Source: an uncultured Acidobacteriota bacterium (lineage in GTDB: Bacteria > Acidobacteriota > JAQAZP01). From it: a stretch of 64,000 nucleotides of DNA. The position numbers were made by a program, and so were the translations under genes. Every line of letters begins with the position of its first letter. Position 1 is the first letter of the stretch. A model generated the notes under the pieces. The model was not told the DNA's origin, ran no database searches, and saw only the letters and a program-made list of their open reading frames with translations. The stretch lies in contig CAWIIB010000009.1 of the NCBI GenBank assembly GCA_963836075.1, forward strand, positions 2,112,001-2,176,000. The letters run 5' to 3'. Below are positions 40,577-50,911 of the stretch, in pieces.

Positions 40577-42505
40577 ATGAAGAACGTCATTGTGGGGACC
40601 GCCGGGCACATCGACCACGGCAAAAGCCGGCTGGTCACGGCGCTCACCGGAACCGATCCCGACCGGCTCAAGGAAGAGAAGGAGCGGGGGATCACCATCG
40701 ACATCGGTTTCGCCTTCATGCCCTTTGGTGAGGAGCTGCGGCTGGGGTTTGTCGACGTGCCGGGGCACGAGAAGTTTGTCAAGAACATGCTGGCCGGCAT
40801 CGGAGGTATCGACCTGGTCCTGCTGGTGGTGGCCGCCGACGAGTCGGTGATGCCCCAGACCAGGGAGCACTTCAACATCTGCCGCCTGCTGGGCGTGCAG
40901 CGGGGCCTGGTGGTGCTCACCAAGACCGACATGGCCGATCCGGAGATGACCGAACTGGTGGAACTGGAAGTCCGCGAGTTCCTCACCGGCTCCTTCCTGG
41001 AGGACGCGCCGCTGCTCAAGGTCAGTTCGGTCACCGGTGAGGGGGTGGAGGAGCTGCGCCGGGCCCTGGAGGCCGAGGCGCAGCTGGCGCGCAGCAAGGA
41101 AACCACGCGGCCCTTCCGGCTCCCCGTGGACCGGGCCTTCACCATCCGCGGGTTCGGTACCGTGGTCACCGGCACCCTGCTGGCCGGTGACATCACGGTG
41201 GGCGAGGACGTGGAGGTCCAGCCCATCGGCAAAACGGCGCGGGTCCGGGGGATCGAGGTCCACGGCGCGAAGGTGGAGCGGGCCGAAGCCGGCCAGCGGA
41301 CGGCGATCAACCTTCACGGGGTCAACCTCGACGAGGTGGACCGCGGCCACCTGCTGGGCCGCCCGGGCACCTTCAGCCCCAGTTCGCTCTTCGACGCCAG
41401 TCTCGAACTGGTGGACACCGCCGACCGGCCGCTAAAGGACGGCGCCCGGGTCCGCTTCCACCTCGGCACCGACGAGATCATGGCCCGGGTGACCCTGCTC
41501 GACCCGCAGGGCGGCCGTCAGCTGGACCCCGGCAACCGGACCTGGGTCCAGCTGCGTCTGGAGCGGCCCACCGCTGCCTTCCCCGGTGACCGTTACATCA
41601 TCCGCCAGTATTCACCGGTAATCACCATCGGCGGCGGCACGGTGATCGATAACCTCCCCACCCGGCACCGCCGGCGCCAGGCGCCGGAAGTGGCCGGGCG
41701 GCTGGAGGCCCTGGAGGCCGGCGGCCCGGAGGAGCGGCTGACCCTCTTCGCCCAGGAAGCGGGTCTCAAGGGCCTGACGGTCTCCGCGGCGACGGTTCGC
41801 GCCGGGCTGCACCCCAAGGAGGCCGGGGCCCTGCTGCGGCAGCTGGTGAAAGAGGGCACCCTGGTCAGCCTCGGTGACAATCCGCTCACCGTCTGCCCCG
41901 CGGCGGTGTATGGCCAGCTGCGCGACGCTCTATTGGCCACCCTGGAGGCCTACCATGCCGAGCAGACCTTGCGCGGCGGGATGCCGCGGGAGGAACTGCG
42001 GGTGCGCATCGGGGCCGGGGACGGACTGTTCCGTCGCCTGCTCTCCGAGCTGTCCGGGGACGGGCGGGTGAAGGCCGAGGCCGACGAGGTGGCGCTCACC
42101 GGCCACCGGGTGACCCTCTCCGGCGGTGAGGAGGAGATCCGCCGGTCACTGGTGGAGATCTATGACCAGGCCGGTTTCACACCACCCTCCATGGGCGATG
42201 CCCTGGCCCGGGCCGGCGGGGACCGCGCCACCGCGGAACAGATCTTCCACCTGCTGCTGCGGGAGGGAGAACTGGTGCGGGTCACCACCGACCTCACCCT
42301 CTCCCGGGCCTCGATGGACGAGGTGAAGTCGCGCCTGCTGGGCCTGCGCAGCTCGGGCCAGGAGGAGGTGACGGTGGGTGACGTGAAACAGCTGTTCGGC
42401 CTGACCCGCAAATTCGCCATCCCGCTGCTGGAACACCTGGACCGCAGCCGGTTCACCCGGCGGGTGGGTGACAAGCGGGTCTTCCGGGACGAACCGGATG
42501 GTTGA
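40577..42505 (+). CDS. selB: Selenocysteine-specific elongation factor
   Basis: [41 protein letters not shown]; C-terminal winged helix [13 protein letters not shown]. Confidence 0.96.
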   Translation: MKNVIVGTAGHIDHGKSRLVTALTGTDPDRLKEEKERGITIDIGFAFMPFGEELRLGFVDVPGHEKFVKNMLAGIGGIDLVLLVVAADESVMPQTREHFNICRLLGVQRGLVVLTKTDMADPEMTELVELEVREFLTGSFLEDAPLLKVSSVTGEGVEELRRALEAEAQLARSKETTRPFRLPVDRAFTIRGFGTVVTGTLLAGDITVGEDVEVQPIGKTARVRGIEVHGAKVERAEAGQRTAINLHGVNLDEVDRGHLLGRPGTFSPSSLFDASLELVDTADRPLKDGARVRFHLGTDEIMARVTLLDPQGGRQLDPGNRTWVQLRLERPTAAFPGDRYIIRQYSPVITIGGGTVIDNLPTRHRRRQAPEVAGRLEALEAGGPEERLTLFAQEAGLKGLTVSAATVRAGLHPKEAGALLRQLVKEGTLVSLGDNPLTVCPAAVYGQLRDALLATLEAYHAEQTLRGGMPREELRVRIGAGDGLFRRLLSELSGDGRVKAEADEVALTGHRVTLSGGEEEIRRSLVEIYDQAGFTPPSMGDALARAGGDRATAEQIFHLLLREGELVRVTTDLTLSRASMDEVKSRLLGLRSSGQEEVTVGDVKQLFGLTRKFAIPLLEHLDRSRFTRRVGDKRVFRDEPDG

Positions 42506-42612
42506 CCTTGGTTTTCCCGACCGCCCGGTCTACAATACCGGTCAGATGTGCCGGGCCAGGGGCCGGGGTTTTCCCGGGCTGCGGGCCGGCACGGTGCAGG
42601 AGCCCCAAATTG

Positions 42613-42828
42613 ATGAATTCTTCATTTGTGCTGCTCTTCGGAATCGGTTCCCTCGGGATGGGCGAGATGCTGCTCATCCTGCTGGTGGTACTTTTGATCT
42701 TCGGCGCCAAGAAGCTCCCTGAAATCGGGTCCGGCCTGGGCAAGGGGATCCGCGGGTTCAAGGATTCGCTGAAAAGCGATGATGCCGAGTCGAAGAAGGA
42801 ACTGGACGAGGGCGACGAGCAGAAGTAG
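42613..42828 (+). CDS. tatA: Twin-arginine translocase TatA/E
   Basis: [36 protein letters not shown]. Confidence 0.93.
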   Translation: MNSSFVLLFGIGSLGMGEMLLILLVVLLIFGAKKLPEIGSGLGKGIRGFKDSLKSDDAESKKELDEGDEQK

Positions 42829-42941
42829 CGGTTTTCATTTCACTGACCCCGGCCGCCAGCCGGTCTCCCCGGCCCGAGCGCGTGTGAAGGATCCAACCCG
42901 CCGGGGGATCGACGACCAGTGGGTGCGGAGGTGAGCAAGCA

Positions 42942-43874
42942 ATGAAGGTGATGGTTACGGGCGGTGCGGGTTTTATCGGATCGAACCTGGTGGACCGCCT
43001 GATCGGGGAAGGCCACCAGGTGGTGGTGGTGGACGACCTCTCCACCGGACGGCGGGAAAACCTCCACCCCGACGTCACGTTCTACCAGCGGGATATCAGG
43101 GACGAGGCCCTGGAAGAGATCTTTGCCGGCGAGGGAATCGAGGCGATCTTCCACCTGGCGGCGCAGATGGATGTCCGCAAGTCGGTCTCCGACCCGGTGT
43201 ATGACGCCCGGGTCAACATCCTCGGCACCATCAACCTCATCGAATCGGGGCTGAAGCACGGGCTGAAGAAGTTCGTCTACGCCTCCACCGGCGGCGCGGT
43301 GTACGGCGAACCGCAGTTCATGCCGGTGACCGAGGACCACCCGATCAACCCCGACTGCCAGTACGGTATCTCCAAGCACACCGTGGAGCACTACCTCTAC
43401 GTCTACCACCGCCTCCAGGGCCTGAACTGGACCGCTCTGCGCTACCCCAACGTGTTCGGGCCGCGGCAGAACCCCCACGGCGAGGCCGGGGTGGTGGCCA
43501 TCTTCATCCAGCTCCTCTCCGCAGGCAGGCAGTGCACCATTTTTGGCGACGGGTCGAAGACCCGCGACTATGTCTTCATCGACGACGTGGTGCAGGCCAA
43601 CATCGTCGCCCTCGAGCGCGGTGACAACGCCTGCTACAACCTCGGCTGGGGAACCCAGGTCAGCGACTTCACCATTTTCGACACGGTGCGCCGGGCGCTT
43701 GATCTTACGGTCGAGCCCCGTTACGAGGACGTGCGTGCCGGTGAGATCTTCCACATCTGCCTCGAGGCGGGCAAGATCCGGGAGCAGCTGGGGTGGGAGC
43801 CCGCGGTGACGCTGGAAGAGGGGGTTGCCCGGACCATCGAGTGGTATCGCCGGACCGGCGGCGTGGGCCGGTGA
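42942..43874 (+). CDS. NAD-dependent epimerase/dehydratase (UDP-glucose 4-epimerase-like)
   Basis: VTGGAGFIGS, HLAAQ, ASTGGAVYG, YGISK and GPRQNPHGEAGVV motifs. Confidence 0.9.
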   Translation: MKVMVTGGAGFIGSNLVDRLIGEGHQVVVVDDLSTGRRENLHPDVTFYQRDIRDEALEEIFAGEGIEAIFHLAAQMDVRKSVSDPVYDARVNILGTINLIESGLKHGLKKFVYASTGGAVYGEPQFMPVTEDHPINPDCQYGISKHTVEHYLYVYHRLQGLNWTALRYPNVFGPRQNPHGEAGVVAIFIQLLSAGRQCTIFGDGSKTRDYVFIDDVVQANIVALERGDNACYNLGWGTQVSDFTIFDTVRRALDLTVEPRYEDVRAGEIFHICLEAGKIREQLGWEPAVTLEEGVARTIEWYRRTGGVGR

Positions 43875-43915
43875 CCCGGCCCGCCGCGGCTGGTCTGTAA
43901 CCATTGGGTTGACCC

Positions 43916-45778
43916 GTGAATCGAGTCCGGGCCATCGTCCGCTTTTTCTTCCGCTGCGCCGGCGCCGGGCTGGTGCTGGCCGTTCCGGCGCTGGTCCTGT
44001 CCCTGCTGCTCAACCCCGGGTTTCCCCACCCGGGACGCCACGCACTGACCCTCTGGCTGCTCTTCGCCCTCTTCTACTCCCTGCTCTGGACCGCGGGCGC
44101 CGCGCTGGCACTCCTGCCGCTGAGGCTGTTGCGGCGGAGGCGGGCCGCACCACGATCCGCCGGGGAACCAGGAGCGCGCCGCCGGCCGGCCCTGGCCCTG
44201 GCCTTTCTCTACACCGCCGGCGCTTTTGTCTTTAACGCCGTGCACAACCGGACCACCGTGGCCCCGCCGGGAACAGTGCTGATCATTGCCGGGGCACTGC
44301 TCTGCCTCCTTGCCGCCGCTGCCATGATCCTGCCCCTCCGGCCACGGGCCGGGCGGGCCCGGCGCCGCGGTATTGCCATGCTGCCGCTCCTTTTGCTGCT
44401 GGTGCTGCCGCTCTTCCGGCCGGCCGCGGCCGGGCCGCCGGAACCCGGGGAGGTCGAGAAACCGGTGATCCAGTTGGACAGCGGGCGGAGGGTGTTCATC
44501 ATCGGTATCGACAGCGCTTCCTGGGCCGAGGTGGATCCCCTGCTGGAACGGGGTCTGCTGCCCAATCTGGGGCGTCTGGTGGAGCAGGGCATCCGCGGCG
44601 ACCTGGAGACGCTGGTGCCCACCGAGTCCCCCCTGCTCTGGGCCTCCATGGCCACCGGCAAACTCCCCGCCGGCCACGGTGTGCGCTTCTTCCTCCGCGC
44701 CGATTTCCCCGGGGTGGGGCATCCGCTCTTTCTCTTTCCCCAGAAGCTGTTTCTCGGCCGGATGGAGATGCTGAAGCTGATGCGTTTTTGCACCATCGAC
44801 GGGTCGCAGATGACCGCGGCGGCGTTCTGGGACGTGGCCGGCCGGCAGTTGCCGGTGGGGGTGGTGAACTGGTGGCAAACCTATCCGGCGGCCCGGGTCA
44901 ACGGATACATGGTCACCGACCACGTATCTTTCGTGGGCCTGCGCCACGATCCCCCCTGGGGCCCGGGGTTGACCAACCCGCCGGGGCTGGCCCGGCGGAT
45001 CAGCGAATGGGAGGCGGCCGACCCGCTGCCCGGGGCCGAGGAGACCCGGGCCCGATTTTTCCGCAGCGGCGGCGCCAGGATCAGCGAGCTGGAGGAATAC
45101 ATCCACTGGCGCTGTTTCGAGCCGGACCAGAAAACCGCCCGCATCGTCCAGCGGCTGCTGGAGGAGGAGCCGTTGCCCCGGCTGCTGGCGGTCTACTGGA
45201 ACGGCCTCGACCCGGTGGGTCACTTTTTCATGCGCTTTGCCCACCCCGAGCAGTTCGGCGGAGTGGACACGGATCTGGTGACACGCTATGGTCTCGTCCT
45301 CGAACGCTATTACCGTTACACCGACCAGTTGATCGGCCTCGTCCTGGAGAGGATGGACGACCGAACCGCGGTGATCCTGGTTTCCGATCACGGCATGGAA
45401 CCGTACCGGGGCGTGAAACGGCTCTACAACACATACCTGATGGGCGGCCCGCTGATGACCGCCGCCCACCGGGACGCGCCGCCGGGGATTGTGGTGCTTG
45501 CCGGGGCGGGGATCAACCGGGGGGGTCGGCTGGACCGGGCCTCGGTGGTTGACATCGGGCCCACGGCCCTGGCGCTCCTCGGCTACCCTCCGGCCCTGGA
45601 TTTCGACGGCCGGGTGCTGGAGGAGGCGCTGCAGCCGGCGGTGGCGCGGGATCTGGCGGCGCTGCCGCGGCCGGCGAGCTACGACGGCCTGATCCTGCCG
45701 CGGTCCACCGGGACCGGGGACCCGGCCGACGACGACGCCTTCCGGCAGCACCTCGAGGACCTGGGATACATTGAGTGA
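43916..45778 (+). CDS. Membrane-anchored alkaline phosphatase / phosphodiesterase family protein
   Basis: TM N-terminus; IIGIDSA, LPNL, PTESPLLWASMATG, DPVGH and SDHG motifs; C-terminal LEDLGYIE. Confidence 0.8.
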   Translation: MNRVRAIVRFFFRCAGAGLVLAVPALVLSLLLNPGFPHPGRHALTLWLLFALFYSLLWTAGAALALLPLRLLRRRRAAPRSAGEPGARRRPALALAFLYTAGAFVFNAVHNRTTVAPPGTVLIIAGALLCLLAAAAMILPLRPRAGRARRRGIAMLPLLLLLVLPLFRPAAAGPPEPGEVEKPVIQLDSGRRVFIIGIDSASWAEVDPLLERGLLPNLGRLVEQGIRGDLETLVPTESPLLWASMATGKLPAGHGVRFFLRADFPGVGHPLFLFPQKLFLGRMEMLKLMRFCTIDGSQMTAAAFWDVAGRQLPVGVVNWWQTYPAARVNGYMVTDHVSFVGLRHDPPWGPGLTNPPGLARRISEWEAADPLPGAEETRARFFRSGGARISELEEYIHWRCFEPDQKTARIVQRLLEEEPLPRLLAVYWNGLDPVGHFFMRFAHPEQFGGVDTDLVTRYGLVLERYYRYTDQLIGLVLERMDDRTAVILVSDHGMEPYRGVKRLYNTYLMGGPLMTAAHRDAPPGIVVLAGAGINRGGRLDRASVVDIGPTALALLGYPPALDFDGRVLEEALQPAVARDLAALPRPASYDGLILPRSTGTGDPADDDAFRQHLEDLGYIE

Positions 45779-47240
45779 CCATGGCCAGATCAGTGTGGCG
45801 ACGAGAGGACCGGCGGCACTGCTGCTGCAGCGGCCGCTGCTGCTGATCTTCCTCCTCGGCCTGGTGCTGCGCCTGGGATTTCTCGGGGCGGTGGAACTCA
45901 CCGGGGCCCTGGAAATTGCCGAGGGGGCCATCTTCCGCGACCTGGCAAACAACATTCTCGACGGCCGGGGCATGTCGATTTCTCCCCGGCTGCTGGAGGT
46001 GCGTCCGGGGTCCCCGGAGCATGTGCTGGAACTGCAGCGCCGCTGGATCGAGTCCGGCGGGCTGTTCGGCATGATTCCTCCAGGAAAGCCCACGGCCTTC
46101 TTCATGCCGCTCTACCCGCTGTTCCTCGCCGGTATCTTTGCCGTTCTGGGCAACGGGTTCTTTCCGGCCCGGCTGGTGCAGATGATGCTTTCGGCCCTGC
46201 TGCCGCTCATCGGCTTTCACCTGGGCCAGCGGGCCGTGGGGCGTGAGACCGGCCTGGCCGCGGCGCTGCTGGTCGCCGTCCACCCCTACTTTATCTACTA
46301 TGCCGGTCTGCTGGTGACCCAGACCCTCTTCGTGGTTTTGCTGGGGCTGGCTTCCAGTGCGTACTACGCGCTGCGCCGCCGCCCTTCAGCCGGCCGGGCG
46401 ACGCTGCTGGGCCTGCTGCTGGGGCTCTCCTTCCTCACCCGCACCTTTACCGCCACCTTCCTGCCGCTGCTGTTGCTGGCCATGATCGCCGAGCTGGGTT
46501 TTGCCCGGTGGTTCCCCGGCACCGGGGCCGCCGGCGACGGCCGCCGGCCGCTGGTCCGGGCCGCCGGCCTGGCCCTGGTCACCGTGGCCGTGTTTACCGC
46601 CGTGGCCACGCCGTGGGTGATCCGCAACTACGGGCTGTTCCACGAGCTGGTGATCCTGCCCACCAAGGGGGGGCGCAACCTCTGGGAATACAACAACCAG
46701 AAGTTTTCCACCGAATTCGAGATGGCGGAGAACGCCTGGACCCGGGAGCGCTACCAGGAGATCCGCCAGTCGGAATTGCCGACGCTCCGGCGAAAGGAGA
46801 CGGTGGAGTTCCCTGTTTTTTCCCCGGACCTGCCGGAAACCGAGCGCAACCGGATCCTCAACAACAACGTCAAAACCTTCATCATGGCCAACCCGCGGGT
46901 CTATTTCCGCCTGTGCCTGGTCCGGGCCAGCGAGATGGTCCGGGTGACACCGGTGCGCAAGTCGAACCCGCTGTTCAAGGTGGTGGCCTGGCTGACCATC
47001 GGCTGGCAACTGCCCCTGGCGCTGGTGGGGATGGTGATGCTGGCCCGGCGCTGGCGGAGCGGGCCGCTCTACCTCTACCTGCTGACCCTCTTCTACCTGT
47101 CGCTGCACGCCCTGGTGGCCGCCGGAACACCCCACCGGGTTCAGGTGGACCTGTACCTGCTGGTCTTCTGCGCCCACCCCCTGGCCTGGCTGGTCCGGCG
47201 CCTCTCCGGCCGGCCCGCATCCGGGGGAGGGCCGCAATGA
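45771..47240 (+). CDS. ArnT/GT39-like GT-C glycosyltransferase
   Basis: PTAFFMPLYPLFLA, PYFIYY and PWVIRNY...GGRNLW motifs; polytopic. Confidence 0.75.
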   Translation: MSDHGQISVATRGPAALLLQRPLLLIFLLGLVLRLGFLGAVELTGALEIAEGAIFRDLANNILDGRGMSISPRLLEVRPGSPEHVLELQRRWIESGGLFGMIPPGKPTAFFMPLYPLFLAGIFAVLGNGFFPARLVQMMLSALLPLIGFHLGQRAVGRETGLAAALLVAVHPYFIYYAGLLVTQTLFVVLLGLASSAYYALRRRPSAGRATLLGLLLGLSFLTRTFTATFLPLLLLAMIAELGFARWFPGTGAAGDGRRPLVRAAGLALVTVAVFTAVATPWVIRNYGLFHELVILPTKGGRNLWEYNNQKFSTEFEMAENAWTRERYQEIRQSELPTLRRKETVEFPVFSPDLPETERNRILNNNVKTFIMANPRVYFRLCLVRASEMVRVTPVRKSNPLFKVVAWLTIGWQLPLALVGMVMLARRWRSGPLYLYLLTLFYLSLHALVAAGTPHRVQVDLYLLVFCAHPLAWLVRRLSGRPASGGGPQ

Positions 47241-49090
47241 GGATCAGGCCCTTCCTGCTGCTGCGCTACCTCTTCACCACCTCCCTCTTCCTGTTGATCT
47301 TTTACTGCTTCCGGGAGGACTGGCGGCAGGGGATCGGTTCCTTTGCCGACCTCGACCTGCGGCTCTTCGCCCTGGCCCTCCCCATGGTGGTGGTGCACTA
47401 CCTGCTCAAGGCCTGGAAGTGGCAGGCGCTGCTGCACCGCCGCGGCGTCGTGGTAGGGTTCGGGCTGGCCATGCGCTCGCTGCTGGCCGGTGTGGCCCTC
47501 AGCCTCTTCACCCCGCTCAACCTGGGGGAGCTGGGGCGGGTACTCTACCTGCCCGGGAGGAGCCGGAGCACGCTGGCCGGCCTGGTGCTGGTGGACAAGG
47601 CGCTGGACCTCACCGCGGTCTTTCTCTTCGCCGTCCCCGGTACGCTGCTGCTCTTCGGTGTCTGGTGGGCCCTGCTGCCGGCCGGTGCGGCCCTTGCCGC
47701 CATGTCGGTGCTGGTGCTCGGTCCGGCCGTCGCCGGCCTGCTGCGGCGTTGCTACTGGCTGGGGCCGGTGCGGGCCAGGGCGGTGCGGGCCGCTCTGGCC
47801 GCGGCCCGCGTGGGGCCCGGCACCGCCATCCTGCTGCTGCTTGTGGCTCTGGCCGCGTTTTTCGTAGTATACCTACTCTACTTCGTGTTGTTGCGGGGCC
47901 TGGCGCCGGCAGTTGATCTGCGGCTGGGCCAGGTGATGACCGTGGTGCCGCTGGTGATGGCCGGCCGCCTGGTGCCGCTCACCGTCAGCGGTCTGGGGGC
48001 CCGCGAGTGGATCGCCGCCCTCCTTTTTCCGGGGATCGGCGTTACCGAGGCGGTGGCCGTGGAGGTGACCCTGTTGGTCTTTCTGTTGACATCAGCCTGT
48101 CCGGCGCTCGTCGGCGCCCTCACCCGTCCGCGGCGGAAAGGGGATACCTCTCCCCGGGGGTGCGGGTCAGCCGGGGCGGTGCTGGTTCTCCTGCTGCTGG
48201 TTTTTTCCGCCACTGCGCCGGCCCAGACCATGGCGCCGATCACCTTCGGTTCCGGCGGCCGGGAGGGCAGCATTCCCGCTGAATATTTCCCCCGTTTCCG
48301 GAACAACGAGCAGGTGGAACAGGTGGTGGACGGGTACCGCTACTGGCTGGAGGGGAAGCGTGACGAGGCCCTGGTGCTCTTCGAGACGGCCGCCGCGGCC
48401 GAGCCGGACAACTACCAGCCGCTGAAGCTGCTGGCCCACGTCTACATGGAGACCGGTCGGCTGGCCGACGCCCGGACGGCCCTGGAGCGCGCCGTGGAAC
48501 TGTTCCCCTACGACGGCTGGAACCACCGCCTGTTCTCCAGGCTGCGCCAGATGGAAGGTGACCTGCCGGGGGCGATCCGCTCCGGCGAGGAAGCCTGCCG
48601 CCGCAGCAAGGAGGATGTCTCGCACTATATCTGGCTGGCCGGCCTTTTTCGCGAGGCCGGTGACAGCAGGCGCGAGTTGAAACTCTATCGCAAGGCGGTG
48701 GAGATGGATCCCCACGACGCCGACCTGCACCAAAGGCTGGCCCAGCTGTACGAGGGGCAGGGCAAACGGAAAAAGGCCTTTTTCGAATACGCCGAGGCGG
48801 TGCGGCGTGATGCCCGACGCTGCGACCTGCTGGTGCTGCTGGTGGAGATGTCCGCGGAGCTGGACCGGCCCGAGGACCTGGAGACCTACCTGCGCGACGC
48901 GCTGCGCTGTGACCGGGCCGGGCTGTTCACCAGCCGCCTGGAGCCCTGGCTGCACCTTGCCCCGCCGGCACTGTTGCCGGGCGCCGGCGACGAACCGGCT
49001 GAGGAAACGGCGGAGGAGGATCCGGCAGGCGAGGCACCGGCCGTGGAACCCGCGGAACTCACCGGTGCGCAGAACGGGGAAGGTGCCTGA
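47237..49090 (+). CDS. Lysylphosphatidylglycerol-synthase-TM (flippase-like) domain fused to TPR domain
   Basis: ATG 47237 overlaps the upstream stop; KAWKWQALL, TPLNLGELGR and PLTVSGLGARE motifs; then a signal-like segment and several TPR repeats. Confidence 0.75.
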   Translation: MRIRPFLLLRYLFTTSLFLLIFYCFREDWRQGIGSFADLDLRLFALALPMVVVHYLLKAWKWQALLHRRGVVVGFGLAMRSLLAGVALSLFTPLNLGELGRVLYLPGRSRSTLAGLVLVDKALDLTAVFLFAVPGTLLLFGVWWALLPAGAALAAMSVLVLGPAVAGLLRRCYWLGPVRARAVRAALAAARVGPGTAILLLLVALAAFFVVYLLYFVLLRGLAPAVDLRLGQVMTVVPLVMAGRLVPLTVSGLGAREWIAALLFPGIGVTEAVAVEVTLLVFLLTSACPALVGALTRPRRKGDTSPRGCGSAGAVLVLLLLVFSATAPAQTMAPITFGSGGREGSIPAEYFPRFRNNEQVEQVVDGYRYWLEGKRDEALVLFETAAAAEPDNYQPLKLLAHVYMETGRLADARTALERAVELFPYDGWNHRLFSRLRQMEGDLPGAIRSGEEACRRSKEDVSHYIWLAGLFREAGDSRRELKLYRKAVEMDPHDADLHQRLAQLYEGQGKRKKAFFEYAEAVRRDARRCDLLVLLVEMSAELDRPEDLETYLRDALRCDRAGLFTSRLEPWLHLAPPALLPGAGDEPAEETAEEDPAGEAPAVEPAELTGAQNGEGA

Positions 49091-50608
49091 GTGGGTCTCA
49101 CCTATGACAGGCCGGGCAGCGAGGGCGATCTGGCGGAGCAGCGCGACCACCGAGGCGATGACCGTCGTGGCCGGGGCGGCCCGCCCCGTCCCGACATCCT
49201 GCTGACCCACGGCTACTATCTCTCATCGGACAAGGTCGAGCAGCGGGTGATGAAGCCCTATCCGCCCCTGGGGATTCTCTATCTCTCCGCCTGGCTCAAG
49301 CAGGCCGGCTTCCTGGTGGAGGTGCTGGACACCACGTTCCTCGACCCGGTGAGATACCATACCCGGCTGGCCGAGGTCCGGCCGAAAAGCGTCGGCATCT
49401 ATGCCACGGTGATCACCCGGCACAATGTGCTGCGCATGGTGGGTGACGCCGCGGGCTTCGGCGTCCCGGTGATCGTGGGCGGGCCGGACCCGGCCCAGTA
49501 TATCGACCAGTACCTGCGGGCCGGCGCCGCCGCCGTGGCCCTGGGCGAGGGGGAGGAGACCCTGGAGCAGTGGCTGCGCCTGGCACTGGACAAGGGACCG
49601 GACGCGGCGGAGCTTGAGGAGGTGGCCGGCCTCGTCCTCCCCCGCAACGGCAGCCACCACCGCACGGCGCCGCGCCCGCCCATCCGGGATCTCCACCGGC
49701 TGCCCTGGCCGGACCGGGAGGCCATCGATTTCCAGCACTACATCCGCAGCTGGCGCGCCCGTCACGGCGAGGCGTCGCTCTCCATCCTCACCGCCCGGGG
49801 CTGTCCCTTTGACTGCAGCTGGTGCTCGCGGGAGGTGTATGGCCAGACGCACCGCCAGCGGGATCCGGCTGACGTGGCCCGGGAACTGCGGCACCTCAAG
49901 GAACAGTACCAGCCCGACGCGGTCTGGATCGTCGATGATGTCCTGACCCTGAACCGCAAGTGGGTTCCCCGTTTTGCGGAAGCCGTGGAAGCGGAGGACG
50001 CGGCGCTGCCCTTCGAGTGTCTCTCCCGGGTGGACTGCGTGGACCGGGACACCCTTCGCGCCCTCCGGCGGATCGGCTGTTTCCGCATCTGGTACGGGGC
50101 GGAATCGGGTGAGCAGCGAATTATCGACCGGATGAACAAGAAGTTCACCGTGGACCAGGTACGGGAGTCGACGGCACTGACCAGGGAGGCCGGGATCGAG
50201 GTGGGCCATTTCATCATGCTCGGGTATCCCGGGGAGACGCGCCGCGACATCCTTTCCACCATCCGCTTCCTCAAGGAGACCCGGCCGGACCACTTCGGCC
50301 CTTCGGTGGCCTTCCCGATCAAGGGCACGGCATTTTACGAGGAGGTGAAGGACCGGGTGGTGGAGGACCAGGTCTGGTCCCAGCGCAACCAGAACCGGCT
50401 GATGTTCCGCGGTCGCTACCCGGCGCTCTTTTACTGGTTTGCCATCCGCCTGGTGAACAACGAGGTTCCCCTGTTCAACCGCTACCTGCCCGGCTGGCGC
50501 GACCCGCGGAACCTTTTCCGCGCCTTTTCCGCCGCGGTCAAGTCCGTGATCTGCCGGGCCGGCACCCTGGCCATCCACCTCTTCTACCGCCGGCGCCTGG
50601 AACCCTGA
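49091..50608 (+). CDS. B12-binding radical SAM protein (BchE/HpnJ-like class B)
   Basis: YPPLGILYL, IVGGPDP, GEGEETL, TARGCPFDCSWC, YGAESG and MLGYPGET motifs. Confidence 0.88.
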   Translation: MGLTYDRPGSEGDLAEQRDHRGDDRRGRGGPPRPDILLTHGYYLSSDKVEQRVMKPYPPLGILYLSAWLKQAGFLVEVLDTTFLDPVRYHTRLAEVRPKSVGIYATVITRHNVLRMVGDAAGFGVPVIVGGPDPAQYIDQYLRAGAAAVALGEGEETLEQWLRLALDKGPDAAELEEVAGLVLPRNGSHHRTAPRPPIRDLHRLPWPDREAIDFQHYIRSWRARHGEASLSILTARGCPFDCSWCSREVYGQTHRQRDPADVARELRHLKEQYQPDAVWIVDDVLTLNRKWVPRFAEAVEAEDAALPFECLSRVDCVDRDTLRALRRIGCFRIWYGAESGEQRIIDRMNKKFTVDQVRESTALTREAGIEVGHFIMLGYPGETRRDILSTIRFLKETRPDHFGPSVAFPIKGTAFYEEVKDRVVEDQVWSQRNQNRLMFRGRYPALFYWFAIRLVNNEVPLFNRYLPGWRDPRNLFRAFSAAVKSVICRAGTLAIHLFYRRRLEP

Positions 50609-50911
50609 TCGTATTGGTGTTTTCGGCCCCTGCAGCCCTTCCGGCCCCTTGTCTATTCAGCAGAGGAATGGTATGTTCAGATCAAAAGGCAAGCTCTATC
50701 AATGCAGTATGGAATGGGGTGAAACTCTGCCCCGGCGGTGAGCGGCTTCTGTCTGAAAGTCGATTAAATGGTTATGTTTGCTTAAATATGTATCGATGAA
50801 TAGGCCAGGGGTTGCCCGAGGGAACCTTTTACTGTGAACAGTCGGGGCGGCCGGCAGCATCCGTTCGTCCCTGTCCGGATGCACAACGTCGACCGGTGAT
50901 CGTGTGAAGCC

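Noticed and set aside
29157-42505. Selenosugar/selenoneine (senABC)-type pathway or a tRNA-Sec gene
   Set aside because: No SelD, EgtB-like or SenB-like gene, and no tRNA cloverleaf recognised by eye. tRNAscan-SE would be needed to exclude selC fully.
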